Positions 1 to 11,544 of a DNA stretch of 64,000 nt are shown here, piece after piece (the stretch's first letter is position 1; each line of letters starts with the position of its first letter). The position numbers were made by a program, and so were the translations under genes. Origin of the DNA: Paraspadella gotoi (taxonomy: Eukaryota > Animalia > Chaetognatha); assembly GCA_051294375.1 (NCBI GenBank), contig CM119263.1:6983645-7047644 (forward strand). Direction: 5' to 3'. Under the pieces are notes generated by a model. That model saw only the letters and a program-made list of their open reading frames with translations. It did not search any database and had not been told where the DNA came from.

Positions 1-1688
1 CGCGTTATTAATCTGCTTTACTGCAAAAGGGGACAGCCTCTAAAAAATACCCTGGCCTTCCGGACACTATAACGACGACGACGACGAAAAAATCAAAAAA
101 AACGGATGAATAACGCAATCAGGCATCTCGCTCCTCCAGGTGGTGGGGCGAACCAAGTAATTGCTGCTGGCGAGAAATGAATAACTAGCCCGAGGGGGCA
201 ATGATCTGTGGCGTGGGTCTCCGGCTGGGGTACTATTTCGCGTGTTCGTGCTACGTGCACGCGCGCGACCGTCATACTTGCGATGTATCTGCCACGCGAC
301 CCCAAGTTGGGATTGTGTCGACCACGACCGCACACCTGACCACCGTACGTGACTGACGGACCTGAAGCACGACGCACCGACCGAGCGAACCGACTGACCC
401 GAGCGTCGCGAGACGCTGACCGTCGACCTGGCTACTCCGGTACGCGACGACGCACGTACGACGACCTCCTTGTTCCGACACCGTGTCTGAACGATCTGTG
501 AAATTTAGATGATAGGAGCCAAAACCAAAACGGCCGTATCGTCTCCAACTAAAGACGGTCGGACCGAGTAATGAATTCTGTGGCGATACTCTGGACCCAA
601 ACAATACACCGACTCCGCGGGGCGTCCAATGAACATATTGAAAACTCTGCGCCGCCATTCGGGCTCTTGTAATGAATGAGCCCGGGATGCGGCCATAGGA
701 TGTGCCGGAGCTGTGACAAATCGGAACTGAAACTGCTGCTAATCCTCACTCGTAGAAATTCAAATCTCACTGCCTGAAATAAATCGCCTAAAATCTACAA
801 TGCTTTGAACCAGTTCGAGTATAACCGGGCAGAGGGCAGTGATTGCAGATGGAGGAAGAGAGCAGTGAGACGCCTCTACATGGTTAATTAAGTCAAGTTG
901 ATCAAGTTGAATTGACAGAGAGAGACGAGGAGAGGAAAGAGAGAGAGAGAGTGAGAAGACGCAGAGCATAGCGAGACGATCCCGCGAGGAGTAGATGAGG
1001 AGAGAGATGACGATGAGAGAGAGAGAGATGATAGAGAGAGAGTGAGGAGTCGTAAGAGAAGAGAGAGAGAGAGGCAACGACGTACATTTCCCTGGTCATT
1101 TACTGTGCTGGAAAGAAGGATTGGTGCGTGGGTCGGTGGCCCGGTCGGCTTGATGTGATCTTGGGTGATGATGATGATGATGATGATGATGAGGCCAAGT
1201 AGTTGAGAGAGAGAGGTGTTAGATGTGTTTTAAGCGACGAAAAAAGAAACAGAGACAATCTCTACTAAATCACAAGGTTAACAACAACAACAACAAACAA
1301 GCCTGCCGAGAATTATCGTAGCGCCGCCCGACTAAATCAAACTAAATCAAACAAACCGGAAATTCGGGCGTTGAGAGAGTCGCAGAGGGGGCGCCGCGGG
1401 AGGAAATTTGAAAGCGGCGCCAGCGGCGCGGAATTTCGAAGGCCGCGCCCACCATCGCCGGAAATGAGGAGAAAAAAAAAAAATCGGAACCCGAAAAATG
1501 GGAACGAAAAAAAAATTGGGAAAATGAAGTCGAAGTCTGAAAAGCGAAACTCGAAGCGGAAGAAAAAAAAAGGAAGTGAAATTAAATGACTTAACTTCAC
1601 AATTCGGTTCTCAACTCTCAACTAGGATGGAGTCGTTTTCGATTCTCTCACTTAATCACTAGTTAAGTGGTGAAATGGTGACCGGGAG

Positions 1689-1776
1689 AGTGATTTAAGT
1701 CACTTACTCCAGTAATTTAAGTCACTCACTCCAGTGATTTAAGTCACTCACTCCAGTGATTTGAATCAATCACTCC
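1689..1776. repeat. 22-bp minisatellite, ~4 copies (AGTGATTTAAGTCACTCACTCC)
   Basis: Directly visible tandem units. Each contains the inverted pair AGTGA...TCACT. Confidence 0.85.
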
Positions 1777-2338
1777 CGTGCCCTTGATGCTTGCGGAAAG
1801 AAATTGCTTTGATCGGATTAAATAAAAATTTGGAGGCCGTAGGAAGTTGCCAAGGACGATCATTGATCGGAGATTTGGCAGCTGCGATCGAGTCCCTTAA
1901 AGAATTCTTATTCATTCATTAATTCGTTATCAAATTCATTGAATCCTTCATTGATTCATTCAATTCATAAAGTCTTTTTTTATTTTAATTCTTGAACAAA
2001 GGACATATTTTATTCAGCTTGACTTTTAACTTCAAAATATAGGATCGATGCTTGCGTAAGTTTTTTTACCTTCAATAGATAATTTTTTTCCGTCTCTGTG
2101 CAACGAACCTGCTCAAGTGCTCAAGTGCTCAAGTACTCATGAATTTTTTTTGCTGTTTCTCGAATTTATTTGAGCCGGTGACTTATTAAGCATCTATATT
2201 CTAAAATTGAAATATCAAGTAGTTTGTCATCTCGAGAACAAGGGAAAATCGGTTTGATATCAGAACAGTTTTAAAAACTGGTCTCGAGAACTCGGATAAT
2301 AAATCTCGCTGTTAATGGATAAGAGAAACAGAGAAAGC

Positions 2339-2381
<43 letters not shown>

Positions 2382-2482
2382 TGACAGAATGAACAAGTGA
2401 CCGAAAAGGATCTTAATTCTAGTTATTTTCCACGTTGTTCTTCTTCATTATTTTGCGGGCAATTTTTACTACGCGACTAAAA

Positions 2483-5400
2483 ATGTCTGGCAGAGTTCTC
2501 TTTGACTTTTCCGGCAAGCGCTGCCTCGTCACCGGCGCCGGAAAAGGAATCGGCCGAGGATNNNNNNNNNNNNNNNNNNNNNNNNNATGATGAGCCAAGT
2601 AGTTGACAGAAGAGAGAGGTGTGTTTTAGATGTGTTTAAAGCGACGAAAAAAGCAAAACAGAGACAATCTACTACTCAAATCACAAGTATGTTAAAACAA
2701 CACAACAACAAACAAGCTCTGCCTGAGGAATTATCGTTTAGCGCCGCCGACTAAATCTAAACTAAATCAAACAAACCGGAAAATTCCTGGCGTGAGAGAG
2801 TCGCAGATGGGACTATAGCAAGTAGGGGGGCGCCGCCGGCCGAGGAAACTTTGATTAAGCCAGAGCGCCAGCGGCGCGCGACTAATTTCGAAAAGGTCCC
2901 GACCTGCGATAATTTAAACCCACTCATATTCGCACTCGAGAAATATACAAGCGAATCTTCTAGCGTAGAAAATAAAAAAATTCGGAACTCCGAAAAACAT
3001 AGGCGGGAAGAAATAATAAATTAAATTGCTGTTATTGAAGACCATAGTAGATACCAGATACGGAAGTCTACCAAGGATTACGTTCGCATAACAGCTAATC
3101 CGAACGGGCGAAGAACAATAACAAAGGAAAGTGTAAAATTATATAGATAGCTATTACGCTTTACATCAATTACGTGATGGTTCTAACTTAAACAACCATA
3201 ACGAAGATGTGAAGTACAATAGTGTTTTCGAATCATGCTCTCATGTAATCAGGAGATAATATTCCTTAATCCCGACTAGTCTAAGGTGGTGATGAAATAT
3301 GGTGACGCGAAAAGAGAAGATGAGTTTTTAAGTCACTCACTCCAGTAATTTAAGTCCTCGACTCACGTGATTTAAGTCACCCTCACGTCCAGTTGAATTT
3401 GAATCAAATCACTCCATCCCAGCTGCCCTTGCATGCTGCGGTAGGAAAGCAAATTGCTTTGATCGGATCTTAAATAAAACATTGCTGGGAGGCTCAATTT
3501 CCCGTCTCCTCTTTTTCGTACGGAAGTGCCCTATGGGACGTAATCACATTGATCCCGGGGAAGAGTTTGGCTAAGCTGCTAATCTCGAGTTCCCCTTTCT
3601 TATAGAGACCTTCTTTCTTCCTCATTCAGTGGTAACCCTTCGTACTTCATAGAAAATGCTATTCATGAATCCTTCATTTTTAATTCATTCTCCCTCAATT
3701 CATAATAAGTTCTTGTGTTCCTTATTTTAAATTCTTATACAGTTGAGACAATAGGACATATTTTATTTCAGCTTGACTTATTAACGTTCAAAATATAGGA
3801 TTCTAAGAATAGCCTTGTCGTCATACGTGTGCTTTTATACCATTCAATAGAATAAGTTTCCTTTCCGTAACTCTGTGCCCACCGTGACCTGCTTCTGCGA
3901 GTGCATCAAGGGTGGCTCTCAAGCGGATACAAAAATAACGCTCATGAAGTTTCCTTGCGTGTTTCTCGAATTTATTTGAGGCCGATGTATTCACAATCTT
4001 ATTAATAGCGACTTTCTAAAATTGAATATATATATCAAGTAGTTTGTCATCTCGAGACAAGCGGATAAATCAGCTTTGATATCAGAAACAGTTTTAAAAC
4101 TGGTCTCGAGAACTCCGGATGATAATAATCTCCTGTTAATGGGATAAGAGAAACAGGAGAAAGACAAGTCAGAGAGAGAGAGAGAAGAGATAAGTAGAAG
4201 AGAGAGGAGAGAGAGAGAGAAAGTGACAGAATGAAAAGGGTCGAAAGTCGATCTTATTCTAGTTATTTTCAGTCGTTGTTCTTCTTCATTATTTTGCGGG
4301 CAATTTTTTACTACGGCGACTAAAATGTCTGGTCAGAGTTTGCTCTTTTGACATTTTCCGCGGCAAGCCTCGCTGCCTCGTCAACCGTGCACGCCGGAAA
4401 AGGAAACTCGGCGAGGATTGGTCCAAGCGCTCGTCCGATCCGCTCCGGGCCCTAAGCCAGATTCTGTTCAGCCGTCTTTCGCCCTCTCGCGGACTCAAGC
4501 CGATTTGGATTCCTTGGAGGACGAGATGAAACAAGTGGGCAAGAACCACCTTGTGAGTCTCGACGGATTTTTGGCTTTGAAAATAAATTAAAAAAAAAAA
4601 AAAATTCATCTTGATTATAAGATTTATATTCGGTTTTGTAGATAACGACACTCAATGTAGACATTGCAGACTGGAATGCGGCAAGAGACGCCGTCGAAAA
4701 ATGCCTTCCCGTCGACTTTCTTGTGAACAATGCAGGCGTTGGCAATGGAAAATCTTTGTTTGAAGAAACCTCTGAAAATATTGATAATCATTTGGAAACG
4801 AACTTTAAATCGATGGTGAACGTGACTCAAGTAAGATGACATTTAAAAAAAAAAGATAAAAATTACATTGTGGCCTTATGCTCATCGCAGATGGAATCGG
4901 ATCCGCGACTCTCTGATTGGATGAATCATCATCGTAACGGACCAATGAGAAGAGAGGCTTCATGTCATCGGGAAACGAGCCCGTGTCGATGATCCGATTG
5001 TCTTGTATGAATACTGGACCATTTAGTATTGAATCCATCTGTCTCAAATTCTGACACCGTCTTTGCTTGTGACTTTCGGTTTCATGTTGAAATCTCTGTC
5101 TACTTACTTAAATGTGGTGGCAGTGGTGGGATTCGAACCCACGACTCCAGGGAGAATGTGCTCATGGAGAAACCAACGTTAAGGTCGTTGCCGATCGCAT
5201 GATAAAGGACAACGTTGCTGGGAGCATCGTGAACGTTTCCAGCCTCGCTGCATTACGCGGTACGATCTCAATGGTTTACTCTGCCTCCAAAGGTGCAATG
5301 GACGCTGCGACCAGATCTTTGGCAGTTGAATTAGGTTTGGCAGATTTTAATAATAATTAAATTGGTCTGAAATTAATATATTTATTTACAAAATTTTTAG

Positions 5401-5633
5401 GCAGCAAAGGAATTCGCGTGAACTCTGTGAACCCGACATTCCTTGTCACGAGAATGACGAAGAAATTTTTCGCTGACGAAGAGAAGTCATCTCGGATTCT
5501 AGCGAGGATCCCCTTGGGGGAATTTCCTGTGATTGACGACGTGGTGGACCCGATTCTCTTTCTGCTCAGCGATGGCGCGAGGATGATCAACGGCGCCTCC
5601 ATTCCTGTCGACGGTGGACAAGCAATTTCGTGA
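2483..5633 (+). CDS. DCXR: L-xylulose reductase / dicarbonyl reductase-like short-chain dehydrogenase, 4 exons (~261 aa): exon 1 2483-2561 joined to 4418-4552, exon 2 4642-4830, exon 3 5184-5334, exon 4 5401-5633
   Basis: Manual splicing at GT-AG sites keeps frame: MSGRVLFDFSGKRCLVTGAGKGIGRG (TGxxxGIG) / LVQAL...ALSRTQADLDSLE / VDIADWNA...PVDFLVNNAG...ETNFKSMVNVTQ / GSIVNVSS...VYSASKGAMDAATRSLAVELG (YxxxK) / IRVNSVNPT...RIPLGEF...ILFLLSD...INGASIPVDGG*. The motif spacing and SRTQADLDSL match DCXR-family proteins as I recall them. Exon 1 is interrupted by a 25-N gap and a noisy duplicate. Confidence 0.9.
2587..4417 (+). other. Assembly artefact: error-rich re-copy of ~1185-2561 after a 25-N gap
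   Basis: Same landmarks in the same order (ccaagtagttg, ctaaatcaaacaaaccgga, tttaagtcactcactccag, gtttgtcatctcgaga, ctaaaatgtctgg), with many single-base insertions. The copy is ~1.3x longer. Confidence 0.9.
5115..5143 (-). repeat. tRNA-Leu 3' fragment (T-arm, acceptor strand and CCA) in DCXR intron 2; probable SINE or tRNA-derived remnant
   Basis: The reverse complement reads CGTGGGTTCGAATCCCACCACTGCCA-CCA, matching the eukaryotic tRNA-Leu 3' end including the B-box GGTTCGAATCC. No 5' half is recognisable. Confidence 0.65.
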
Positions 5634-6253
5634 TTTCGTTTAAAAACTTTTAGAAAATTATTAGAAACAAAAGTTTAACTGCAAAGTTAAGATGTTGGAG
5701 TCTTGCACAGGATTAAAAAAAAAGGGATATTGTGATTCTGATTTAATTTTTTAAAAAAAATAGTGTTTTAGTTTGAAGTATAACTAATTTAAGGTCAAAA
5801 AAATTATTTGAATTTGTTTGTCTTATAATTTTTAATTACTTTTACGTTCCTGAATCTATTCATTTTTGAAATTTTTCATTAAGTACTGAAGCCAGGTCAC
5901 GAAAAGAGGTAAGAAATTTAATCTTGTTTATCTGTTAGAAGTCATAAAAGTAGATAGTTTGAGTCTGAACCGATTTTTTAATGTAGCCGAATCCGAAAAA
6001 AAGCATAAATTAACCTCAGGCTTGAAGAACCGGTATTTCAGTCGATCCGTTATTTTTTTCTTTTTTTCTTTTTATATTTTATTTTACTAGTCAAACCAAT
6101 ACCGAGTTATAATCATTTAAATGAGGCGTTGAAAAATAATGAACTTTTTAGCTTTTTAAGTCTTTTGGGAAGCTCAGGAGCATCACTCTTACAAGCCCAA
6201 AAGCTTTAAAATATACTCGTACGTAGATATGAAAAAATTTTATTGTCGTTTAT

Positions 6254-6590
6254 GGCAACAGCCGGGTTGCCTGTGATGCCCATTGGGATGGGGCATCTCA
6301 CTGTTGGCTTCCGACCCTCAGTGACGCCTCCAGTCACTGGCGCGGTTACCCTAGGACGGTCTCGCTTTGCCAATGCAGAGGGAAGTCATTAGGACTGTGG
6401 ATGGAACACTACGCCTGGGATGGTGTGTTCCCCCTCTGAGCCAATGGATTTGGCTGAACGATGGTGGACGTGAGGCGGTGTAATATACCGCCACAGTCCA
6501 CACGTTCTCCTTTATCCCTGTTGCTTCAACCCGTTATCAGCCGATGATCACTGATCATTGATCAGGCTCGACCTAATTTACAAATTAGTT
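6254..6590. other. GC-enriched, heavily base-paired ~330-nt island (structured RNA, or retroelement UTR / SINE body)
   Basis: Many perfect stems read by eye: GGCAAC/GTTGCC, GATGCCC/GGGCATC, CAGTGAC/GTCACTG, CAGAGGG/CCCTCTG, GGAACAC/GTGTTCC, AGCCA/TGGCT, GTGGAC/GTCCAC, GGCGGT/ACCGCC, GGACTGTGG/CCACAGTCC. Flanks are AT-rich. Confidence 0.5.
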
Positions 6591-6667
6591 TTATTATTGC
6601 TACTTCATCTACCAAAACTGCCAAATTGGCGGATTAATTTTACTTTCGCCGACCGGGATCAGGGGGC

Positions 6668-6735
6668 GGTTTAGGGTTGGTTTAAGGTTAGGGGTAGTTA
6701 GGGTTATGATGGTTTAGGGTTAGGGTAATTGGGTA
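6668..6735 (+). repeat. Degenerate interstitial TTAGGG-like tract
   Basis: ggtttagggttggtttaaggttaggggtagttagggttatgatggtttagggttagggt contains five TTAGGG units. Confidence 0.6.
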
Positions 6736-7086
6736 ATATTTTATAGTATATATATTTTTAATTAGTTTTTCGATGTGCAAATAATATCATTATCTGAAAA
6801 TAAGTAGGTCGTCGTAGATCAAATGGTGAAAGACAACATTGCGGGAACATTGTGTACATTCTTTGCAAACCGTCGCCAGCAATCGAAAGGGTCTAGGGCT
6901 TGGAAACAGGCTTGGGACACTCGCTAACACAGTGAAATCTCGAGTTACCCTAAACAATAGCCTAATGTTTGATAAATATTTTGATATAAATTTTGTGGTA
7001 ATCATAATATTCGGATCTGAAATTTAAGAGAGTTATTACGTAAAATCTTTTATCAGTAAATTCGGTTGCGAGGCCATTTTTTCCCT

Positions 7087-7213
7087 CACTTCCGCCGCCA
7101 CGTGCCATTCACTTCCGCCGCCACATGCCATTCACTTCCGCCGCCACATGCCATTCACTTCCGCCGCCACATACCATTCACTTCCGCCGCCACATACCAT
7201 TCCCTTCCGCGGC
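7087..7213. repeat. 23-bp minisatellite, ~5.5 copies (CACTTCCGCCGCCACATRCCATT)
   Basis: Directly visible near-perfect tandem units. Confidence 0.9.
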
Positions 7214-7920
7214 CTATTTTATGCCATGAGCCTCCGACTTTGAACTTTTTGCCTGGCATCCGCGTCGCGACCCGATTCCCTGACTCAAATCGAGAGGGAG
7301 AGAGAGAGAGCGAGAAAAAAAAAGTGGGACATCGTTTGACCGGAGATGGAAAAAGAGGAAGAAGAAGAGGAAGAGAGGAAAAGAGGGAGGAAGGAGAAAA
7401 AGGACCGTGAACTCGTAGCGCGTGGGAGGAATTGAAAGTTAATGGGGAAAATGTGTGCCGGAGCTAAAAGGATTCGGAACCGGATAAGTCGGAGATCGTG
7501 GAGAGGGTGAGAGGAGGGTGTTGGCGATGGAAAAAGTGGAGGTTGGGTGATAAAGGAAATATAAAAGAAATGATAATAGGAAGAAAGAGAGGAAACAATA
7601 AAAAGATATATAAGCGAGAATCACTAGTTAAAGAATTCAAGTTAAAACAAATTGCTTTGAATTTAAAATTTCAAACATAATAAGAAATATATATTGTGAG
7701 GAAGATAGACAACTTTAGTAATAATGACAGAGTAAATAAACAAAACAAAACTCGAGGCATCGAATTCTCCGCGAAGCCAGACGAGAAAATCTCACGTGAA
7801 TCGTCTATTTTTAACCTCACGGAATCTCACCCGCCGCTGGAGAGAAACTCACCCCGGGGGTAAAGGGATTATTATCGCCCGGGCATTAAAAATACTGAGA
7901 GAGAGAGGAGGGAGAGAGAG

Positions 7921-7973
<53 letters not shown>

Positions 7974-8545
7974 AAACGACGTACATCTCCTGGATTTATG
8001 TTTTGGAAAGGAGCGATTTGGTGTTCCGGGTAGTGTTATGATGATGATATGATGATGATGATGATGATGATGATGACAGTGTGATGATGATGATGCGATG
8101 ATGATGATTGAATGATCGACGATGATGATGATGATGATGACGATGACGATGATGATGAGGAGGAGGAGTAAGAGAATAATAGAAGTCTTTTAGAGTTAAT
8201 TTGATGATGAGAAAGAGGCCAAGAAGTTGGTCATAAAATGATATTAACTGATGAGAGTTTTGTTTTAAAGGAAGCGTTGAGAGCGCCGGATGATGTATGC
8301 ATGGAAACGAGCAAAAGTGGGATGAAATTTCGAGCCCGAGAATCGAGCCGAACGTGATGGGGTCATCGCGCGAGAGAGAAACGGAGAGGCCTAATAAACC
8401 CCGGATGTAGAAGAGGTCGTGGGGCGAGAGTCGAGAGTTCTATTTCCGGGTTAAGTTGAAAGCGACGCTGGGTTTTTTCTTTTCTTTTTTTTTTTCCTTT
8501 TTAGTCGAGGTCGTCTTCGTCGTCGTCGACCGGGCCGTTGACAAT

Positions 8546-8580
<35 letters not shown>

Positions 8581-8596
8581 CCGGGCCGTTGACAAT

Positions 8597-8632
<36 letters not shown>

Positions 8633-9319
8633 TTAAGTTTTCCGCAAGCAAAAAGAATTTTTTTTGGAAATGTCGTAAGGCGTGCTTCGTTTTACAAGCG
8701 TCATGTCACGTCACAGTGAAACGTGATCGAGAAAACGCTTCCTCGTTTGTCTGCGAGTGTCTATTGACAAACAAGAAACTTGCGAGTATAATAACTATTA
8801 TATCAGATGCGATGCTCTTAGCTTAAGTAAGGGTTGGCAGAGAAACAAAGCGACGCATTAGCGAAAAAAAAGTCTGAGGCTAAAAAGTTCGCCCTCTTTC
8901 GTCGGCCTCGTCGAATATCAAAGAGGAAGAAATGGATGGAAAACAAAAGATATAAAAAAGAAAAGAGAGAAAAAAAATGAAGATAAAACATACTAGAAAT
9001 AAAAAAAAGAATTATAAACATAAAAGCAAGATAAAATAGCTAGTAGTAGTGAATTGAAAGTAGCATGAAAATAACATGAAATCGATATTTAAAAAAATAT
9101 ATATTTAAAAAATGAAAATAAAAATGAAGATGAGAAAAAAGAAAAAGAAAACTACAGATATGAATGAAAATAAAAAAAAGGTGAAAAAGGAAAAAAGGAA
9201 AAAAAAAGAAGGAAAAGCAGAAAAAAAGAAGAAAGGAAAGAGGGAATCCTTTATGACGGCGATAAGGCAGATGGCCTCCGTCTAGGGAATTCGTGTTGGC
9301 ATCCGGAGTCGTCCAGGAG

Positions 9320-9382
9320 TGGGAGGTGATGGGGAAGGTGATGGGGAAGGTGATTGGGAAGGTGATGGGGAAGGTGTTGGGG
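9320..9382. repeat. 12-bp G-rich tandem repeat (GGGAAGGTGATG), ~5 copies
   Basis: Directly visible. It produces the FPIT repeat in the spurious ORF 9040-9429. Confidence 0.75.
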
Positions 9383-10994
9383 TAAAGTATGGTGGAGGTG
9401 AGGGGTAGGCGATGGGTGGTTTTTGTCATGTTGTTGATAGTTGTTGCTCAGTGAACTACATTGACTAATTGTGTATTAATAACTTTAAAAATAGAGGGAT
9501 GTTAAATGGTTAAATGCAGAATGATTCATTGTCCGTTAATTGTTCATTTCATTTCATTTCATGAAATAACTAAATTTAACGTTTTTGAGCAATCTGTTTT
9601 AAACACCTTTTGATTTTCATGAACAGGGTACCTTTCTTATTCTTTTTAAAGGAATATAGAGATATGTTAAAAGGCAAAGACTTGTGTTTAAAAAAGCGAC
9701 AGCAGTTAAAATTGAAGAACAAAAGGAAAAGGCGATATAGAGAGTTGGGTATTCAATAGGTTTTTCTGGGTCTTAAAGAGTTTCCTTTTTTGATTCCACA
9801 AGATCGAAACACATTTCGCGACAAAAGGAAAGAACAAAAAAACTTCAAACATTCGCTTCAGCGCCGATCATGAAGCGGCAGCGGCAGCGGCAGCGGCAGC
9901 GTCTGCCGGCGTGCGGCTGCCGGTGTCGGCGCTATTCTCTACGGGGCTAAATGGTCTTGTTGCGGAGGTGAGCGACCGTTCTACGCAGTAAGACGTGAGA
10001 TGGCGGAGGGAGTGGGTGTGGCGCGCTGTGTGGGCGGTGGGAATGGGTGTGTGGATCGCGGCGGCGTCGGCTTTGGAGGCGACGCCAAACCGACTCGAGT
10101 CGCCCTCTTGATGACCTAAAATCGCGGGAGACGCTTTGACAAAGGCGACGCCGGGAATACGAATGAAGTCGCTGGGGGGAAGACGACGATGACGACGGTG
10201 ACGACGACGAAAAAGACGACGGTAAAGATGATGACGATGACTAAGAAGACGATGACGGTGAAGAATTAAAGAATGTGGTAGAATGAAGATGTCAATGATT
10301 ACGTCAGAAGAAGATAACATAACAAGACATAAAAATACCAATGATGTTAATGTTTTTTTTTCGATTTAAATAATGAAGATGACAACGTCGACGACGACGA
10401 CGACGACAACGACGACGAAACAGACGAGGAATCCAAGGTCAAAGATGACGATAATGACGAGAAAAACAACGACGATGACGACGACAACAAATAAAAGGAC
10501 GAAGTTGGCTGCGTGGAAGACGACGACGATGCAGACGACGACAATAACGAAGCGCGGCGGGTGATCCCGTCCATGTATAGGGTTGAATAGAAGGCGTGGC
10601 CTCGTAGGGGGGCGTGGCGCAAAAGTGCGGGGAGGGGTTCTGTTCAGTTAAAATTGGGTGAAAAGTGGCGGAGGAGGGGGGGGGGCGGGATTGAGTCGGT
10701 GAGTCGAAGAGAAGCTTGAAACATTTCTGATCTTGGGAAGAGAAGAAGACACAAAGATTATTGACATCTTATAATCTCGATGGTGGACGTGGCCAGACTG
10801 GCTGGAAAGGAGAGAGAGAGAGGGAGAGAGAAGAGAGAGAACGAGAGAGAGAGAGAGAGAAGAGAAGAGAGAGAGAGAGAGAGAGAGAAGATCATTATAC
10901 TAGGGCCAGGAACCAAGTTGATGGGAGAACTTTAAGCCGACGGAGAAAAGAAACGATGTAAAAGAAAAGAAGGAGAGATAGTAGAGAAGACGAG

Positions 10995-11051
<57 letters not shown>

Positions 11052-11277
11052 TGAATCGTTCGACCATCCTCCAACATAAAAGAGATTCGCTTTTTTTTTT
11101 AAAGATAAGTCTTCTTTCGCTGCCGCCGACAATCTAAAAACGATAAAAGCAATAAAAATGTTAAGAAGAAAAAAATCTAGAGAAAAATACCAAAAATCGA
11201 CGGAGAAAAATGAAATTAGGGAGAATGGATGAAGTCGGAGGAGGCGGCATATCTCAAGGGCGCAGAAGTTGTCATTG

Positions 11278-11544
11278 NNNNNNNNNNNNNNNNNNNNNNN
11301 NNNNNNNNNNNNNNNNNNNNNNNNNNNNNNNNNNNNNNNNNNNNNNNNNNNNNNNNNNNNNNNNNNNNNNNNNNNNNNNNNNNNNNNNNNNNNNNNNNNN
11401 NNNNNNNNNNNNNNNNNNNNNNNNNNNNNNNNNNNNNNNNNNNNNNNNNNNNNNNNNNNNNNNNNNNNNNNNNNNNNNNNNNNNNNNNNNNNNNNNNNNN
11501 NNNNNNNNNNNNNNNNNNNNNNNNNNNNNNNNNNNNNNNNNNNN
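11278..11544. other. Unfilled scaffold gap (other gaps: 2562-2586, 15757-15942, 17400-17687, 19064-19088, 36255-36279, 37932-37941, 44519-44543)
   Basis: Runs of N. Four are exactly 25 N, three of them adjacent to noisy duplicated sequence. Confidence 0.99.

Noticed and set aside
505-780. Possible minus-strand exon after TTTATTTCAG near 776
   Set aside because: The frames give no recognisable protein motif and no donor chain could be built, so it is left uncalled.
5115-5200. Intact tRNA-Leu gene
   Set aside because: Only the 3' 29 nt match. No D-arm, anticodon arm or 5' acceptor strand could be folded.
6668-6735. True telomere or chromosome-fusion scar
   Set aside because: Too short and degenerate, single orientation and internal. 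More likely part of a small repeat element.
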